Translations under genes and position numbers: made by a program
Notes under the pieces: generated by a model
The model's database searches: none
The model's input: the letters and a program-made list of their open reading frames with translations, nothing else
Told to the model about the DNA's origin: nothing
In this document: positions 8,195 to 16,780 of the stretch, piece after piece
Numbering within the stretch: position 1 is the stretch's first letter
Layout: each line of letters starts with the position of its first letter
NCBI GenBank assembly: GCA_964497485.1
Contig: CAZCDW010000001.1
Coordinates: 14,791-78,790, forward strand
Length of the DNA stretch: 64,000 nt
Reading direction: 5' to 3'
Source: an uncultured Bifidobacterium sp.
GTDB taxonomy: Bacteria; Pseudomonadota; Gammaproteobacteria; Burkholderiales; Burkholderiaceae_D

Positions 8195-8560
8195 ATGATT
8201 ATTTGTGATATTGATGACACCATTGTAAGAGCAGGGCAATACCCTATTCAAAAAACTATTGACTACGTTAACTCCCTAAATACTAGGGTTATTATCGTAA
8301 CTGGCAGGGAACGCAAAGACCGTGTGGAGACCGAAGCCATTCTAAAGAAGGTTGGAATTAAGTATAGTTCTCTTCTTATGAATCCTTATTCCTATAGAGA
8401 TTCTAATAAGTGGAAGCGTGAGGCTGCTAATAAGTTGAATGACGCTACCCTGGCTATTGACGACAACGCTGGTGCTAGAAAGGCTTACGAAGCCGAAGGC
8501 ATTAAGGCTATCCATCCAGACGATGTTCCAGACATGGACAAGTTCTGGCATCTTTCATAA
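8195..8560 (+). CDS. HAD phosphatase resembling the PseT/PNKP 3'-phosphatase domain
   Basis: DIDDT, VTGR, K and IDD motifs; TTGACC-17-TATAAT upstream. Confidence 0.85.
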   Translation: MIICDIDDTIVRAGQYPIQKTIDYVNSLNTRVIIVTGRERKDRVETEAILKKVGIKYSSLLMNPYSYRDSNKWKREAANKLNDATLAIDDNAGARKAYEAEGIKAIHPDDVPDMDKFWHLS

Positions 8561-8578
8561 AAGATGTATAATTAATGT

Positions 8579-8791
8579 ATGGAAAACATTCAGGATATTG
8601 AAGGACGAGTAGACGAACTATATCACAAGATTGACGATATCCACGCTGAGTTATATTCACTTGGCGGAGAAGAAGAGCGTTTTGAATTCTTTGAAAGACT
8701 CAGGGAACTAATCTTAGAAAAAGAACAAGAGGGTGACGAGATTGCTGCGTCTGTTCTTGGATGGGCTTACGAAAGGCTAGGCGAAGTCTAG
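8579..8791 (+). CDS. hypothetical acidic protein
   Basis: 70 aa, leaderless -10 upstream. Confidence 0.6.
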   Translation: MENIQDIEGRVDELYHKIDDIHAELYSLGGEEERFEFFERLRELILEKEQEGDEIAASVLGWAYERLGEV

Positions 8792-9471
8792 TTATCTTTT
8801 GTTGCTTGTTTTACGAGGGCAAGCATTCTCTCTGGTGTTGATGCAGAATAATACAACCAATAAAGTTCTATGTTTCTTAGATGATTAAAGTTAAACCCAC
8901 CATCGTGTATTTGTGTTTCGTGTCCAAGACAGTAGATGTATCCATCATGCTTAATTAATTTAGTTCCTTTAATGACTGTGTGTGCTAGTTCAAAGGCTGA
9001 GTCTTCTCCACCCCACTGAATAAACTTTTCATCCATGCCGCCAACTGACCACCAGGCTTCAGGTGTGCAAACATAAATGCCACCATTTGCCTCTGTATAT
9101 AATGTATGTTTAAGTAATTTAATATCTTTGCCAGCATAGAACTGCTCGCTCATTTCCATATCAAAATATTTACAAAGTCTGTATGGGTTGTGAACCATGC
9201 CGTCAGACTGGGCAGCATTTATCGCTTCTAGGAGCGAACTCAACTCTGGTAGGGTGTCTGCATCATTCAAAATTACAATGTCACAGCCAGCCTCCTGTGC
9301 CTTCCTGACCCCTAAATTTCGGCTACCTGAAGCAGACCAAAATTCACCTGGCTTGTCTGCATAGATAATCTCAATGTCTGGCAAATTAGTTTCATACCAA
9401 TCCAGAACAGCCTGTAATGGCTTTACTCTACTTGGAGTTTCTCTCCATGGGATTACTAGTCCTATTTTCAT
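8788..9471 (-). CDS. glycosyltransferase, GT-A fold (GT2/GT7-like)
   Basis: VIPWR, SRNLG, DAD, GGMDEKFIQWGGED. Confidence 0.9.
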   Translation of the reverse strand: MKIGLVIPWRETPSRVKPLQAVLDWYETNLPDIEIIYADKPGEFWSASGSRNLGVRKAQEAGCDIVILNDADTLPELSSLLEAINAAQSDGMVHNPYRLCKYFDMEMSEQFYAGKDIKLLKHTLYTEANGGIYVCTPEAWWSVGGMDEKFIQWGGEDSAFELAHTVIKGTKLIKHDGYIYCLGHETQIHDGGFNFNHLRNIELYWLYYSASTPERMLALVKQATKDN

Positions 9472-9474
9472 TTG

Positions 9475-9551
9475 TCCCCCTGACAGGATTCGAACCTGCA
9501 TTTACATCCGTTATGCACATATTGGGTAGAAACCAACGCCACTACAGAGGG
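9475..9551 (-). ncRNA. tRNA-like element lacking a D arm, anticodon-like UCU (Arg), long variable hairpin
   Basis: acceptor CCCTCTG/CAGGGGG, T arm GCAGG-TTCGAAT-CCTGT, anticodon arm GTTGG-TTTCTAC-CCAAT, only TAGTGGC in place of the D arm. Confidence 0.7.
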
Positions 9552-9556
9552 TTGCA

Positions 9557-10237
9557 TTAACTTCTCACAAACTCAATTATATCATCTGGATTTGTGATAG
9601 TCAAATACTCTTTATATATATTGTAATTATGTACCAGGTCACGGTCTGGACTGTCAAGTGTTTGGATTCTATCGTGGTCAAAGGCATGAACAATGCCAGT
9701 GTGCTTTACCAATGGCTTTCCATGTACCAGATTGTGAACGTATTCAAATGCGGAATCTTCATACCCCCACTTTACGAACTTCTCGTCCATTCCCCCAAGC
9801 ATCCACCATGAGGATGGCTTTAGTACCCAGATGCCAGCGTTAGAACCATGCTCAATCCTAAAGGCACAATTCATTAGTGACTTGGTTTCAAAGTATTGGT
9901 TGGTGCTTTCCAGTGGATAGAAGCGATACTCTGTGTATGGATTATGAATAAAATCGTCAGTCATTGCTGCATCTATTGTTTTACGAAGAGTCTTCACATC
10001 GTCTGGGATTGTGTCTGCATCATTTAGAATAACTATGTCTGCACCATTGCCCTCTGCAAGTCTTACCCCAAGATTTCTAGTGTGAGATGGCAGCCACTCA
10101 ACTTCCGAGTATGTCAGAGAAACTACTGTGGCTTCTGGAAGGTTCTTAGCGTACCATTCCTTTACCATTTCGTAAGCCCTGACCCTACTATCCTGATGCT
10201 TCCAGGGAATAACTACATAAATCTTTGGTTTATCCAT
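9557..10237 (-). CDS. glycosyltransferase, GT-A fold, paralog of 8788-9471
   Basis: VIPWK, TRNLG, DAD, GGMDEKFVKWGYED. Confidence 0.9.
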   Translation of the reverse strand: MDKPKIYVVIPWKHQDSRVRAYEMVKEWYAKNLPEATVVSLTYSEVEWLPSHTRNLGVRLAEGNGADIVILNDADTIPDDVKTLRKTIDAAMTDDFIHNPYTEYRFYPLESTNQYFETKSLMNCAFRIEHGSNAGIWVLKPSSWWMLGGMDEKFVKWGYEDSAFEYVHNLVHGKPLVKHTGIVHAFDHDRIQTLDSPDRDLVHNYNIYKEYLTITNPDDIIEFVRS

Positions 10238-10857
10238 ACCTGGTCCTCAACTAGCGGTCCCCATTCATAGGACTTATCTACACAAAGGAACCTATTGTTA
10301 CTTAGATAATTAAATATATCCATGTTGTTCCTGTGACCTGGATGCCTGTTATATGTTTCTGTTTCAACGTGCATCATGCGAACGTTTTTCATAACATCTC
10401 CCATGCCCATAAGAACTTCCCAACTGAATCCCTCAACATCAATCTTAATAACATCAATGATTTCTCCAGTCATTCCCTCTTCTGCTAAGAACGAATCCAG
10501 CCTAGTGATGGGTGTCAAAATCTTTGTGTAGTCAACGTCTTCAAATTCGTGAATAACCTCCATGGAAGAACATCCAGCCTCGTCAATATTTTTTGATACT
10601 ATCTGAGTGAAGGATGTTTGACCATTAAAGTTACCAACTGCAGACTCAATGACTTTAAATGTTGGGTAACGCTTCTTTGTTTCTTCTACTGCAAGTGGGT
10701 TAGCATCAAAAGCATACACTTTGATACCGTTTAACTTCTCACGGAAGTATTCGGCATCATCTCCGTCACGAGTACCAATATCAATAATGATATTAGCATT
10801 GTCACCAAAGTATTTCCTGTAAGCCTCAACTGCTGGCTCTAACCACTTATTCTCCAT
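10213..10857 (-). CDS. FkbM family methyltransferase
   Basis: IIDIGTRDG, AFDANP, IDVIKIDVEG. Confidence 0.9.
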   Translation of the reverse strand: MENKWLEPAVEAYRKYFGDNANIIIDIGTRDGDDAEYFREKLNGIKVYAFDANPLAVEETKKRYPTFKVIESAVGNFNGQTSFTQIVSKNIDEAGCSSMEVIHEFEDVDYTKILTPITRLDSFLAEEGMTGEIIDVIKIDVEGFSWEVLMGMGDVMKNVRMMHVETETYNRHPGHRNNMDIFNYLSNNRFLCVDKSYEWGPLVEDQVWINQRFM

Positions 10858-11545
10858 GCAACGCCTTAAATGTTTCTGGGAATGCACCATGAGCCAAATC
10901 TCTAACAGCCTTGGCATACTCCTGGATTTCAAACTGTGCGTCATGCTCTAGTCGCTGGTCAAGGAATGTCATGACTGACTGTAGTGATGCTGTCCAACGC
11001 CAGCGTACATACATACCATAGGCAGGTAGGAATAGGCGAGCCAACTCTGGAGCGATACCATCGTCCATAGCATCGTGGTAAGCCTGTGTACCTTCTGCAA
11101 TAATCTTAATTAACTTATTGGTGTATGCCATGCCTAGAGATTCTGCTACTGGCTCTCCACTACCCTGCTTAGAATTCTCAGGCTTACTACGCCAGGCATC
11201 TGACTCTGGAACGTAGAAGGCTTCGTCTTCTGTAATGTAGCGACGTGAACTTTCGTTCCAGCCGTTCTGGTCGTCAATGTGTGTAGATGCCACAGCATAC
11301 TTCCACCACTGGCGAGCAACAAAGAGTGGTGCATAGACCTCAAAGGTTAGTGCAGCGTGTCTGAATGGAGATGTGTGACCCTCACGAATTAAGAACTTAA
11401 TCAGTTTAGCATCACGTTCTTCAAACAGATGTGTCTCCTTGTCGTAGGATACACGAGCAGCATTTACGATTGAAAGGTCGTCACCCATTGTGTCAACGAG
11501 GCGAACGTATCCCTCGTCAAGTAAACTAATCTTGTTCATCATCAC
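10847..11545 (-). CDS. thyX: FAD-dependent thymidylate synthase
   Basis: NAARVSY, HTSPF, NESSRRY, ARLFLP, AQFEIQEYA. Confidence 0.95.
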   Translation of the reverse strand: MMMNKISLLDEGYVRLVDTMGDDLSIVNAARVSYDKETHLFEERDAKLIKFLIREGHTSPFRHAALTFEVYAPLFVARQWWKYAVASTHIDDQNGWNESSRRYITEDEAFYVPESDAWRSKPENSKQGSGEPVAESLGMAYTNKLIKIIAEGTQAYHDAMDDGIAPELARLFLPAYGMYVRWRWTASLQSVMTFLDQRLEHDAQFEIQEYAKAVRDLAHGAFPETFKALHGE

Positions 11546-11852
11546 TCTCTATAATTGCCAATACGCTTGCACTAAACAATGAGATGTAGTCTTCACCCTC
11601 ATGCTTAAACTTAATAACGTTATTGGGATTAAACATAATCTTGTCTCCAACCTTTACGTCCATTGGTACACGAACGCCACTTCTTAGTTGTCTACCCTCG
11701 CCTACAGCAAAGGCAACACCAATGTTCTTTGGCTGGTCTACCTCGTTCTGGATAATAAGAAGACCGCTAGAAGATTTCTCTGGCTCTGAATTCTTTTTCT
11801 CCATCTTGATAATGATGATATCTTCTGGTGCTTTAATCATTACTTTTCCCAC
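11526..11852 (-). CDS. groES: co-chaperonin GroES-like
   Basis: SSGLLI mobile loop, AVGEG, PMDVKVGDKIMF. Confidence 0.9.
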   Translation of the reverse strand: MGKVMIKAPEDIIIIKMEKKNSEPEKSSSGLLIIQNEVDQPKNIGVAFAVGEGRQLRSGVRVPMDVKVGDKIMFNPNNVIKFKHEGEDYISLFSASVLAIIESDDEQD

Positions 11853-12127
11853 TCTCCGTCAATAACTAGTAGTGCAATTAGTGCATAGTTAGCCATGTCA
11901 ATGAATGAGTCGCGAAGGCTCTCGTTCTCTGGAGTTGCCCCAGACTCATAAAGATTATTAATCCTAGCCAACTTGTCGTGCATACGAACACGAAGACCAT
12001 TGATTGGACCACCTGGACTACCAGAGATGTTCTTTGGTCCGTAGTCCTTGTGCTTGCGTAGCAGTAGTTGTTCTGCTTCTGCGTATGTCTTGGCTACTGC
12101 CTGTGTAAATTCTTTGCTTAGTTCCAT
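11840..12127 (-). CDS. DUF1599 / nucleotide-modification-associated domain protein
   Basis: KHKDYG, RMHDKLAR, ESLRDSFIDMANY. Confidence 0.8.
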   Translation of the reverse strand: MELSKEFTQAVAKTYAEAEQLLLRKHKDYGPKNISGSPGGPINGLRVRMHDKLARINNLYESGATPENESLRDSFIDMANYALIALLVIDGEWEK

Positions 12128-12297
12128 TAGTATTCCTCGTGTTCTACTCCGTGCTTGCTGTCCACATACTTGTGAATCTTGCGAAGCGTTCTAGCCTTTG
12201 TGAATCCATATACCGCCAATGCGAATACAGCATTCCAAAAGAATTCTGCGATAATGTGGTCAAGTCCAAAGACCACTTCAAAGAGGTCGTGTTCCAT
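12127..12297 (-). CDS. small membrane protein
   Basis: hand-translated MEHDLFEVVFGLDHIIAEFFWNAVFALAVYGF. Confidence 0.5.
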   Translation of the reverse strand: MEHDLFEVVFGLDHIIAEFFWNAVFALAVYGFTKARTLRKIHKYVDSKHGVEHEEY

Positions 12298-12432
12298 TAT
12301 ACTCCCATAACTGATTTAACGAATAATATAATTGTGTTTAGCAATAGCAATGCTACTACCCATTTAGATAGATACATAATTTCCTTTGTTTGATATCTCT
12401 ATTTTACAGCAAGTTAGGCTGTGTGTCAAGCA

Positions 12433-13677
12433 CTACTTCTTGCGTAGTGTGCTGAGTTTATGACCTACAACTGTATCAGTTGGCTTGCCATCTTGATAAA
12501 CACGAATGACAGCAGCAGGGTCTTCTGGTGTGCCTGTGATTGTAAAGTCAGAGTTAGGTACGTTATACTTACCATCACGAACAATCCTGGTAATCTTTCC
12601 TGTTGCGTTACCGCCAGAAGAACCCCAAGTCACCATGTCTCCAACGCCTACGCCTTTAAACATAACTGTTTCGTGGCGTGAGTAATCCTTGCCAAAGTCA
12701 GCAAACAAAGCCTTGTCGGACTCTCTGTTTACGATACCACGACTCCAAGAGAAGCCAGCGTCACCACCCCAAGCGTCCCACATAATTCTTCCGTTGCTAG
12801 GATTGCTTGTATTGTTAAAGTCTTTACCCTTCTTGTCCACCTCATGGCGTGAGAAGAATGAATACATACGCTTTACAACGCTAAGAGATAGTGAGCGTCC
12901 TGCTACAATGTCTCTTGCCCTACCCCAACCAACTGGAGTTCCAGCACCTGTAGCCTTGCCCTCTTCTTTCCAACGAATTGCACGAGCAGCAGCAGCCTTC
13001 ATTCCTGCAGTAGGAGCATAGCCAGCCTTGTCCATCTCGCTCTCGTCTTCCTCTACTTCTTCTACTTCCATCTCAGGCTCTGGAATCTTTGTGGCATCGG
13101 ACATTAGCATTCCAATTGAGTATGCTGTTGCTTCCCAAACACCCTCGTCCTCTTCAAAAATTCTTACAGCCATTGCTGGATTCTCTGGTGTAGACTGAAT
13201 GGCATACTCTGTGCCTGGAATACCATACACGCCACCCTCAGTCATTACATGTTCAACAAGACCAACAATCTCTCCCTCACTTGTCATGCCTCTTACAAAG
13301 TCACCTTCGACGATACCCTCGCCTTTAAACACAGCACTGATAGAAGTGCCACCACTAGAGAATGCACCAGATGCGTCAGCACCATTGCCACCACCTTGCT
13401 TTCTCTTTGGCTTGCGAATCTTCATCTTACCCTTTTGCTGTGGAGCAGTCTTCATTCCAGATGGTGTCTTTACCCCAACGTTTGGATATGTTGGATTAGG
13501 TGTTGATGATGGGTTGACATTATTATCAGCCTTGTCTGCTTCTGCAGCATAAAGAGCCTGAACCTGTGCAGTCGCTTCTGCTTCTGTCTTGTGGCAGCCC
13601 ATGACTTCGCCACCTTCTTTTACTACTGGATACCCTGAGCATCCGTTTGAGCCTTGTGCTCCTACTGCGTATGGCAT
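12433..13677 (-). CDS. multi-module protein with two Tudor/SH3-like (DUF2945-type) repeats
   Basis: GDFV...TPENPAMAVRIF and VGDMVTWGSSGG...TPEDPAAVIRVY; central PTAGMKAAAARA...WDAWGGD module. Confidence 0.75.
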   Translation of the reverse strand: MPYAVGAQGSNGCSGYPVVKEGGEVMGCHKTEAEATAQVQALYAAEADKADNNVNPSSTPNPTYPNVGVKTPSGMKTAPQQKGKMKIRKPKRKQGGGNGADASGAFSSGGTSISAVFKGEGIVEGDFVRGMTSEGEIVGLVEHVMTEGGVYGIPGTEYAIQSTPENPAMAVRIFEEDEGVWEATAYSIGMLMSDATKIPEPEMEVEEVEEDESEMDKAGYAPTAGMKAAAARAIRWKEEGKATGAGTPVGWGRARDIVAGRSLSLSVVKRMYSFFSRHEVDKKGKDFNNTSNPSNGRIMWDAWGGDAGFSWSRGIVNRESDKALFADFGKDYSRHETVMFKGVGVGDMVTWGSSGGNATGKITRIVRDGKYNVPNSDFTITGTPEDPAAVIRVYQDGKPTDTVVGHKLSTLRKK

Positions 13678-14141
13678 TAGTCTTCCATCTCCATCTCTGT
13701 TTCTGGCTCTTCCATGCTTGCACGGAGTTGCCAGCAAAACTTTTGTGATGCAGTCTGGCGGTCAGCAAAGAAGTTTGCTAGTCCATACTGCTTGGCTTGA
13801 TTAGCCAGGTCGCTTGCCACAACCAAGGCTTCAATGTGTAATTCAATTGACTCGTATAGGTCAGCAACCATTGGCTCTGGGTCTCCAACGAGAGTTGGCT
13901 CTGACACAGTTGACATGTCAAAGAAGTCTGCTAGTCTGTATGGTGCGTAAGCCTTTAGCATACGAAGCCACTCTGCGTATTCATCTGTAGCACCATCGTA
14001 GTCTTCGTAAACCTCTTTAAAGAAGTCGTGAAATTGTTTGAAATCGTCTGACTCCACGTTCCAGTGGTAGCCATGTGCCTTAAACTTAAGTGCAATGTTG
14101 TCTGCCAGAAGTTGTCTTAGGGCTGTTAGTAATTGTTCCAT
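13677..14141 (-). CDS. dps: Dps / ferritin-like protein
   Basis: KAHGYHWNVES, FKQFHDFF, DEYAEWLR, WQLRA. Confidence 0.9.
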   Translation of the reverse strand: MEQLLTALRQLLADNIALKFKAHGYHWNVESDDFKQFHDFFKEVYEDYDGATDEYAEWLRMLKAYAPYRLADFFDMSTVSEPTLVGDPEPMVADLYESIELHIEALVVASDLANQAKQYGLANFFADRQTASQKFCWQLRASMEEPETEMEMED

Positions 14142-14170
14142 CTGATTATTATACCATATCTATTAGTAGT

Positions 14171-14197
14171 GGGCAGTTTTAAATCATACCCAGGATT
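14171..14197 (-). ncRNA. candidate compact H-type pseudoknot
   Basis: AAUC-CUGGGUAU-GAUU-UAAAAC-UGCCC. Confidence 0.45.
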
Positions 14198-14203
14198 GTT
14201 AGA

Positions 14204-14467
14204 CTACTTCTTTGGGGTAGTCTTTTTGACTGGAGCCTTCTTAGGCGTAGCCTTTGCAATTGCTTCCTGGACTTCCTCAACCTTTGGTGTTCTACCAAAA
14301 GCAGGGTCGTTAGGATTGATGTAGCGGATTGCAACAGGTAGTACAGCAGCGACCAATGACCATAGAAGGTCTAGTGGGTCAGTTACTCCTGCTAGGTAAA
14401 GTGCTGATGCAGCAGACAATACGCTTCGTGCGTATGATGCTACCAGTGCCTTTAGTTGTGCGTTCAT
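14204..14467 (-). CDS. holin-like membrane protein
   Basis: two hydrophobic segments, RYINPND, Lys-rich tail. Confidence 0.65.
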   Translation of the reverse strand: MNAQLKALVASYARSVLSAASALYLAGVTDPLDLLWSLVAAVLPVAIRYINPNDPAFGRTPKVEEVQEAIAKATPKKAPVKKTTPKK

Positions 14468-14487
14468 TTGTTTCTCCTTGTTAATGC

Positions 14488-14922
14488 CTAGTTGTTAGGC
14501 GTTTCGGTTTCCTTTGGCAATACTGACTTGAGTTGTTTGTATGCCTTGGAAATTTTTGATAATGCTTCTGTGTGAGCATTTTCACCAAGGACTTGTCCAT
14601 AGGTGTCAGCCCACTCCAGGGTTGGTGTAGCAGTCTTATCAAATTCAGATAGTGCTGCTTGCACCTCTTCGATATACTGGAAAGCCCAGTCACGAGAGTC
14701 TGATACAAACTTAAGGAATCCGTCAGTCTGTTCCAGTTTAGCGTTTTCAATATCTTGATACAGTTGCTCTACCTTTTTCTGCAAAAGCATTCTGTCTGCC
14801 ATTTCTTGTAGGTATATGTCGGACAGTACCTTGAAGTTATTTTTCATCTTAAAGAATCTGTAAACAAGATAGATAATTATTGTGAGCAATGTACCCACAA
14901 CCACTGAATCAATCCAAGTCAT
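14488..14922 (-). CDS. membrane-anchored hypothetical protein
   Basis: N-terminal TM, coiled coil. Confidence 0.7.
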   Translation of the reverse strand: MTWIDSVVVGTLLTIIIYLVYRFFKMKNNFKVLSDIYLQEMADRMLLQKKVEQLYQDIENAKLEQTDGFLKFVSDSRDWAFQYIEEVQAALSEFDKTATPTLEWADTYGQVLGENAHTEALSKISKAYKQLKSVLPKETETPNN

Positions 14923-14925
14923 GTC

Positions 14926-15159
14926 TTAGTCCTTTAACGCTTCACGAACAATGTAGACAATTGCCCCTTGGTCTTCAAGTGCTTTCTTTACATCCTTGAT
15001 GTATTGAACAGCAGCATCTACCTGATGGTCAAGAAGACTTTCAATGTCTTCTGGGTCAATCTGGATAGTTAGAAAGTCGTTAGCATCTAGAATAGTTACA
15101 CCAAAGTTTTCTGGTGGAACGATTGCCTTGAATGCCGTTGCCATTTCAACAGTATACAT
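14926..15159 (-). CDS. hypothetical protein
   Basis: 77-aa ORF in operon. Confidence 0.65.
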   Translation of the reverse strand: MYTVEMATAFKAIVPPENFGVTILDANDFLTIQIDPEDIESLLDHQVDAAVQYIKDVKKALEDQGAIVYIVREALKD

Positions 15160-15160
15160 A

Positions 15161-15451
15161 TTATTCCTTATCTATTGTTAGGTCAGACCAGGTTTTAGCC
15201 CAGGCTTGTTTTGATTTGTGTCTATTAAATTCTCTAGATATCTTACCGTTATCTAGATAGACTCCACCCCACACACCTGTCTGCTTAGTTGATACACCAA
15301 CAGCAAAGCATTGACGCATCACAGGACAGGTAGAGCAGAACTCGTCTATGTCTTCTCTTAACTCAACGTCTTCTTCGTATTTGTCAAAGAAAAGATTTGT
15401 ATCCCAGCCGTCGCACTTGGCAGAATCTCTCCAATTTTTATCATTTGGCAT
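15161..15451 (-). CDS. whiB: WhiB family Fe-S transcription factor
   Basis: W...AKC, LFF, CxxCPV...C, GVWGG. Confidence 0.95.
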   Translation of the reverse strand: MPNDKNWRDSAKCDGWDTNLFFDKYEEDVELREDIDEFCSTCPVMRQCFAVGVSTKQTGVWGGVYLDNGKISREFNRHKSKQAWAKTWSDLTIDKE

Positions 15452-15662
15452 TCTTCTTCACCAACTTGGATGGGATATCCCAACCGCTTTCGGTAATGTC
15501 AAACCGATTGACTGTGTGCCACTCGTGCTTGATGAATTTGGCATTAGGCTCCATCCATGCTGTTGGCGACTTCTTCGCCTCTAGCACAGTCCAGCCATCC
15601 CATGACAGGAACTCATTGTTATCTACAATGGTCTCCATCTCTTCTAGTGATTTAATTAGCAT
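15441..15662 (-). CDS. hypothetical protein
   Basis: LSWDGWTV motif; operon context. Confidence 0.7.
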   Translation of the reverse strand: MLIKSLEEMETIVDNNEFLSWDGWTVLEAKKSPTAWMEPNAKFIKHEWHTVNRFDITESGWDIPSKLVKKNAK

Positions 15663-16020
15663 AATCACTCCCTGTATAGATTACTTTTTTAATTTGGGTC
15701 TCCTGAATAACCACGTTACATCGGTCACAGGGCTTGCTGTAGCGGTCTTCACCAAAGCGATTTACTCTGGCAACATAAAGGACAGCACCCTTTACGTTCC
15801 ACCCTGCATCCCTTATGGCATCAATTTCAGCATGTACTGAACAGTGCTTCTTGATGTGTTCAGGTGATACAAAGTCTGGGTGGTTCCTATCTTTGTTAAA
15901 GCCAGTACCAATTACGCTACCGCCCTTAACAACAACTGCTCCGTGCTTTTGTCTTGCATCAGACTTGCTGGCAAGATATCTGGCAACGGAGAGAAAAGCC
16001 TTCTCTCTATTACTTAGCAT
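15652..16020 (-). CDS. dCMP/cytidine deaminase family protein
   Basis: HAE and PCxxC zinc motifs. Confidence 0.9.
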   Translation of the reverse strand: MLSNREKAFLSVARYLASKSDARQKHGAVVVKGGSVIGTGFNKDRNHPDFVSPEHIKKHCSVHAEIDAIRDAGWNVKGAVLYVARVNRFGEDRYSKPCDRCNVVIQETQIKKVIYTGSDYAN

Positions 16021-16370
16021 TAGTAACGATAAACTCCGACTTCAATATCCTTGGCTTCTGCCAAATCTACCAGTTCGGATAACGACTCTTTAGGCTTGCT
16101 AAAGAATAGAAAGTAATTAACCTTATGAATATTATCTTTAATCCATGTTGGTGGAACCTTTACAAGTTTAATCTTTACGTTACGAGCCTTGAGGCTACGC
16201 TCACTAATGTTTGTAAACTCTAAAGCATAACGATTAATGTTGAGAGGTCCAGCAGACATGATGGTAAACTCTGTATCGTTTTCTGGTAGGCTGCGAAGAG
16301 CGTTGCCAATACCTCTAAGAAATACTTCATATTCGTTGAAGTTCTTAGTTCCCTGAATTGCCACTATCAT
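16020..16370 (-). CDS. hypothetical protein, possible SLOG/YspA-like fold
   Basis: MIVAIQGTKNFNEY N-terminus. Confidence 0.6.
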   Translation of the reverse strand: MIVAIQGTKNFNEYEVFLRGIGNALRSLPENDTEFTIMSAGPLNINRYALEFTNISERSLKARNVKIKLVKVPPTWIKDNIHKVNYFLFFSKPKESLSELVDLAEAKDIEVGVYRY

Positions 16371-16758
16371 TTGATAGTCCTTCCGTTAATCGTTCGACGA
16401 CAAAAATCATCTTATCTAATTCTACCTTATCAATGGCTGTCATGTCAACTACCATTTTGTTATCGTAGTCAACCATCCCATCTTCAAAGTTTGCTGTATA
16501 AACTCTGCTATCCTCAATCCAGTATGCCACGTTACCCAAAAACACAATCCGAGTATACTGAGCCTGGTGATGTTTTGATGCCTGGGTAATGGCAGGTTGT
16601 TTAGTTATAGCAGGAAGAAAGTCTGCTGTCAGTTCATACTGACGGCTTTGCGAAAACTTTATGGGTAGTTTACGCACTGAATTCTTAGGGTGATTAATTA
16701 GTTTTGCAACAATATACATTGTTATAAGTGTTACAACTGAACCTGCAAAGTATTCCAT
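16345..16758 (-). CDS. membrane-anchored hypothetical protein
   Basis: N-terminal TM. Confidence 0.7.
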   Translation of the reverse strand: MEYFAGSVVTLITMYIVAKLINHPKNSVRKLPIKFSQSRQYELTADFLPAITKQPAITQASKHHQAQYTRIVFLGNVAYWIEDSRVYTANFEDGMVDYDNKMVVDMTAIDKVELDKMIFVVERLTEGLSNDSGNSGN

Positions 16759-16780
16759 TTAATCACCTACAGTCATTATA

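Noticed and set aside
9475-9551. Amber-suppressor (CUA) reading and genome recoding
   Set aside because: The 5-bp stem centres UCU in the 7-nt loop, and core genes such as primase and DnaB end normally at TAG
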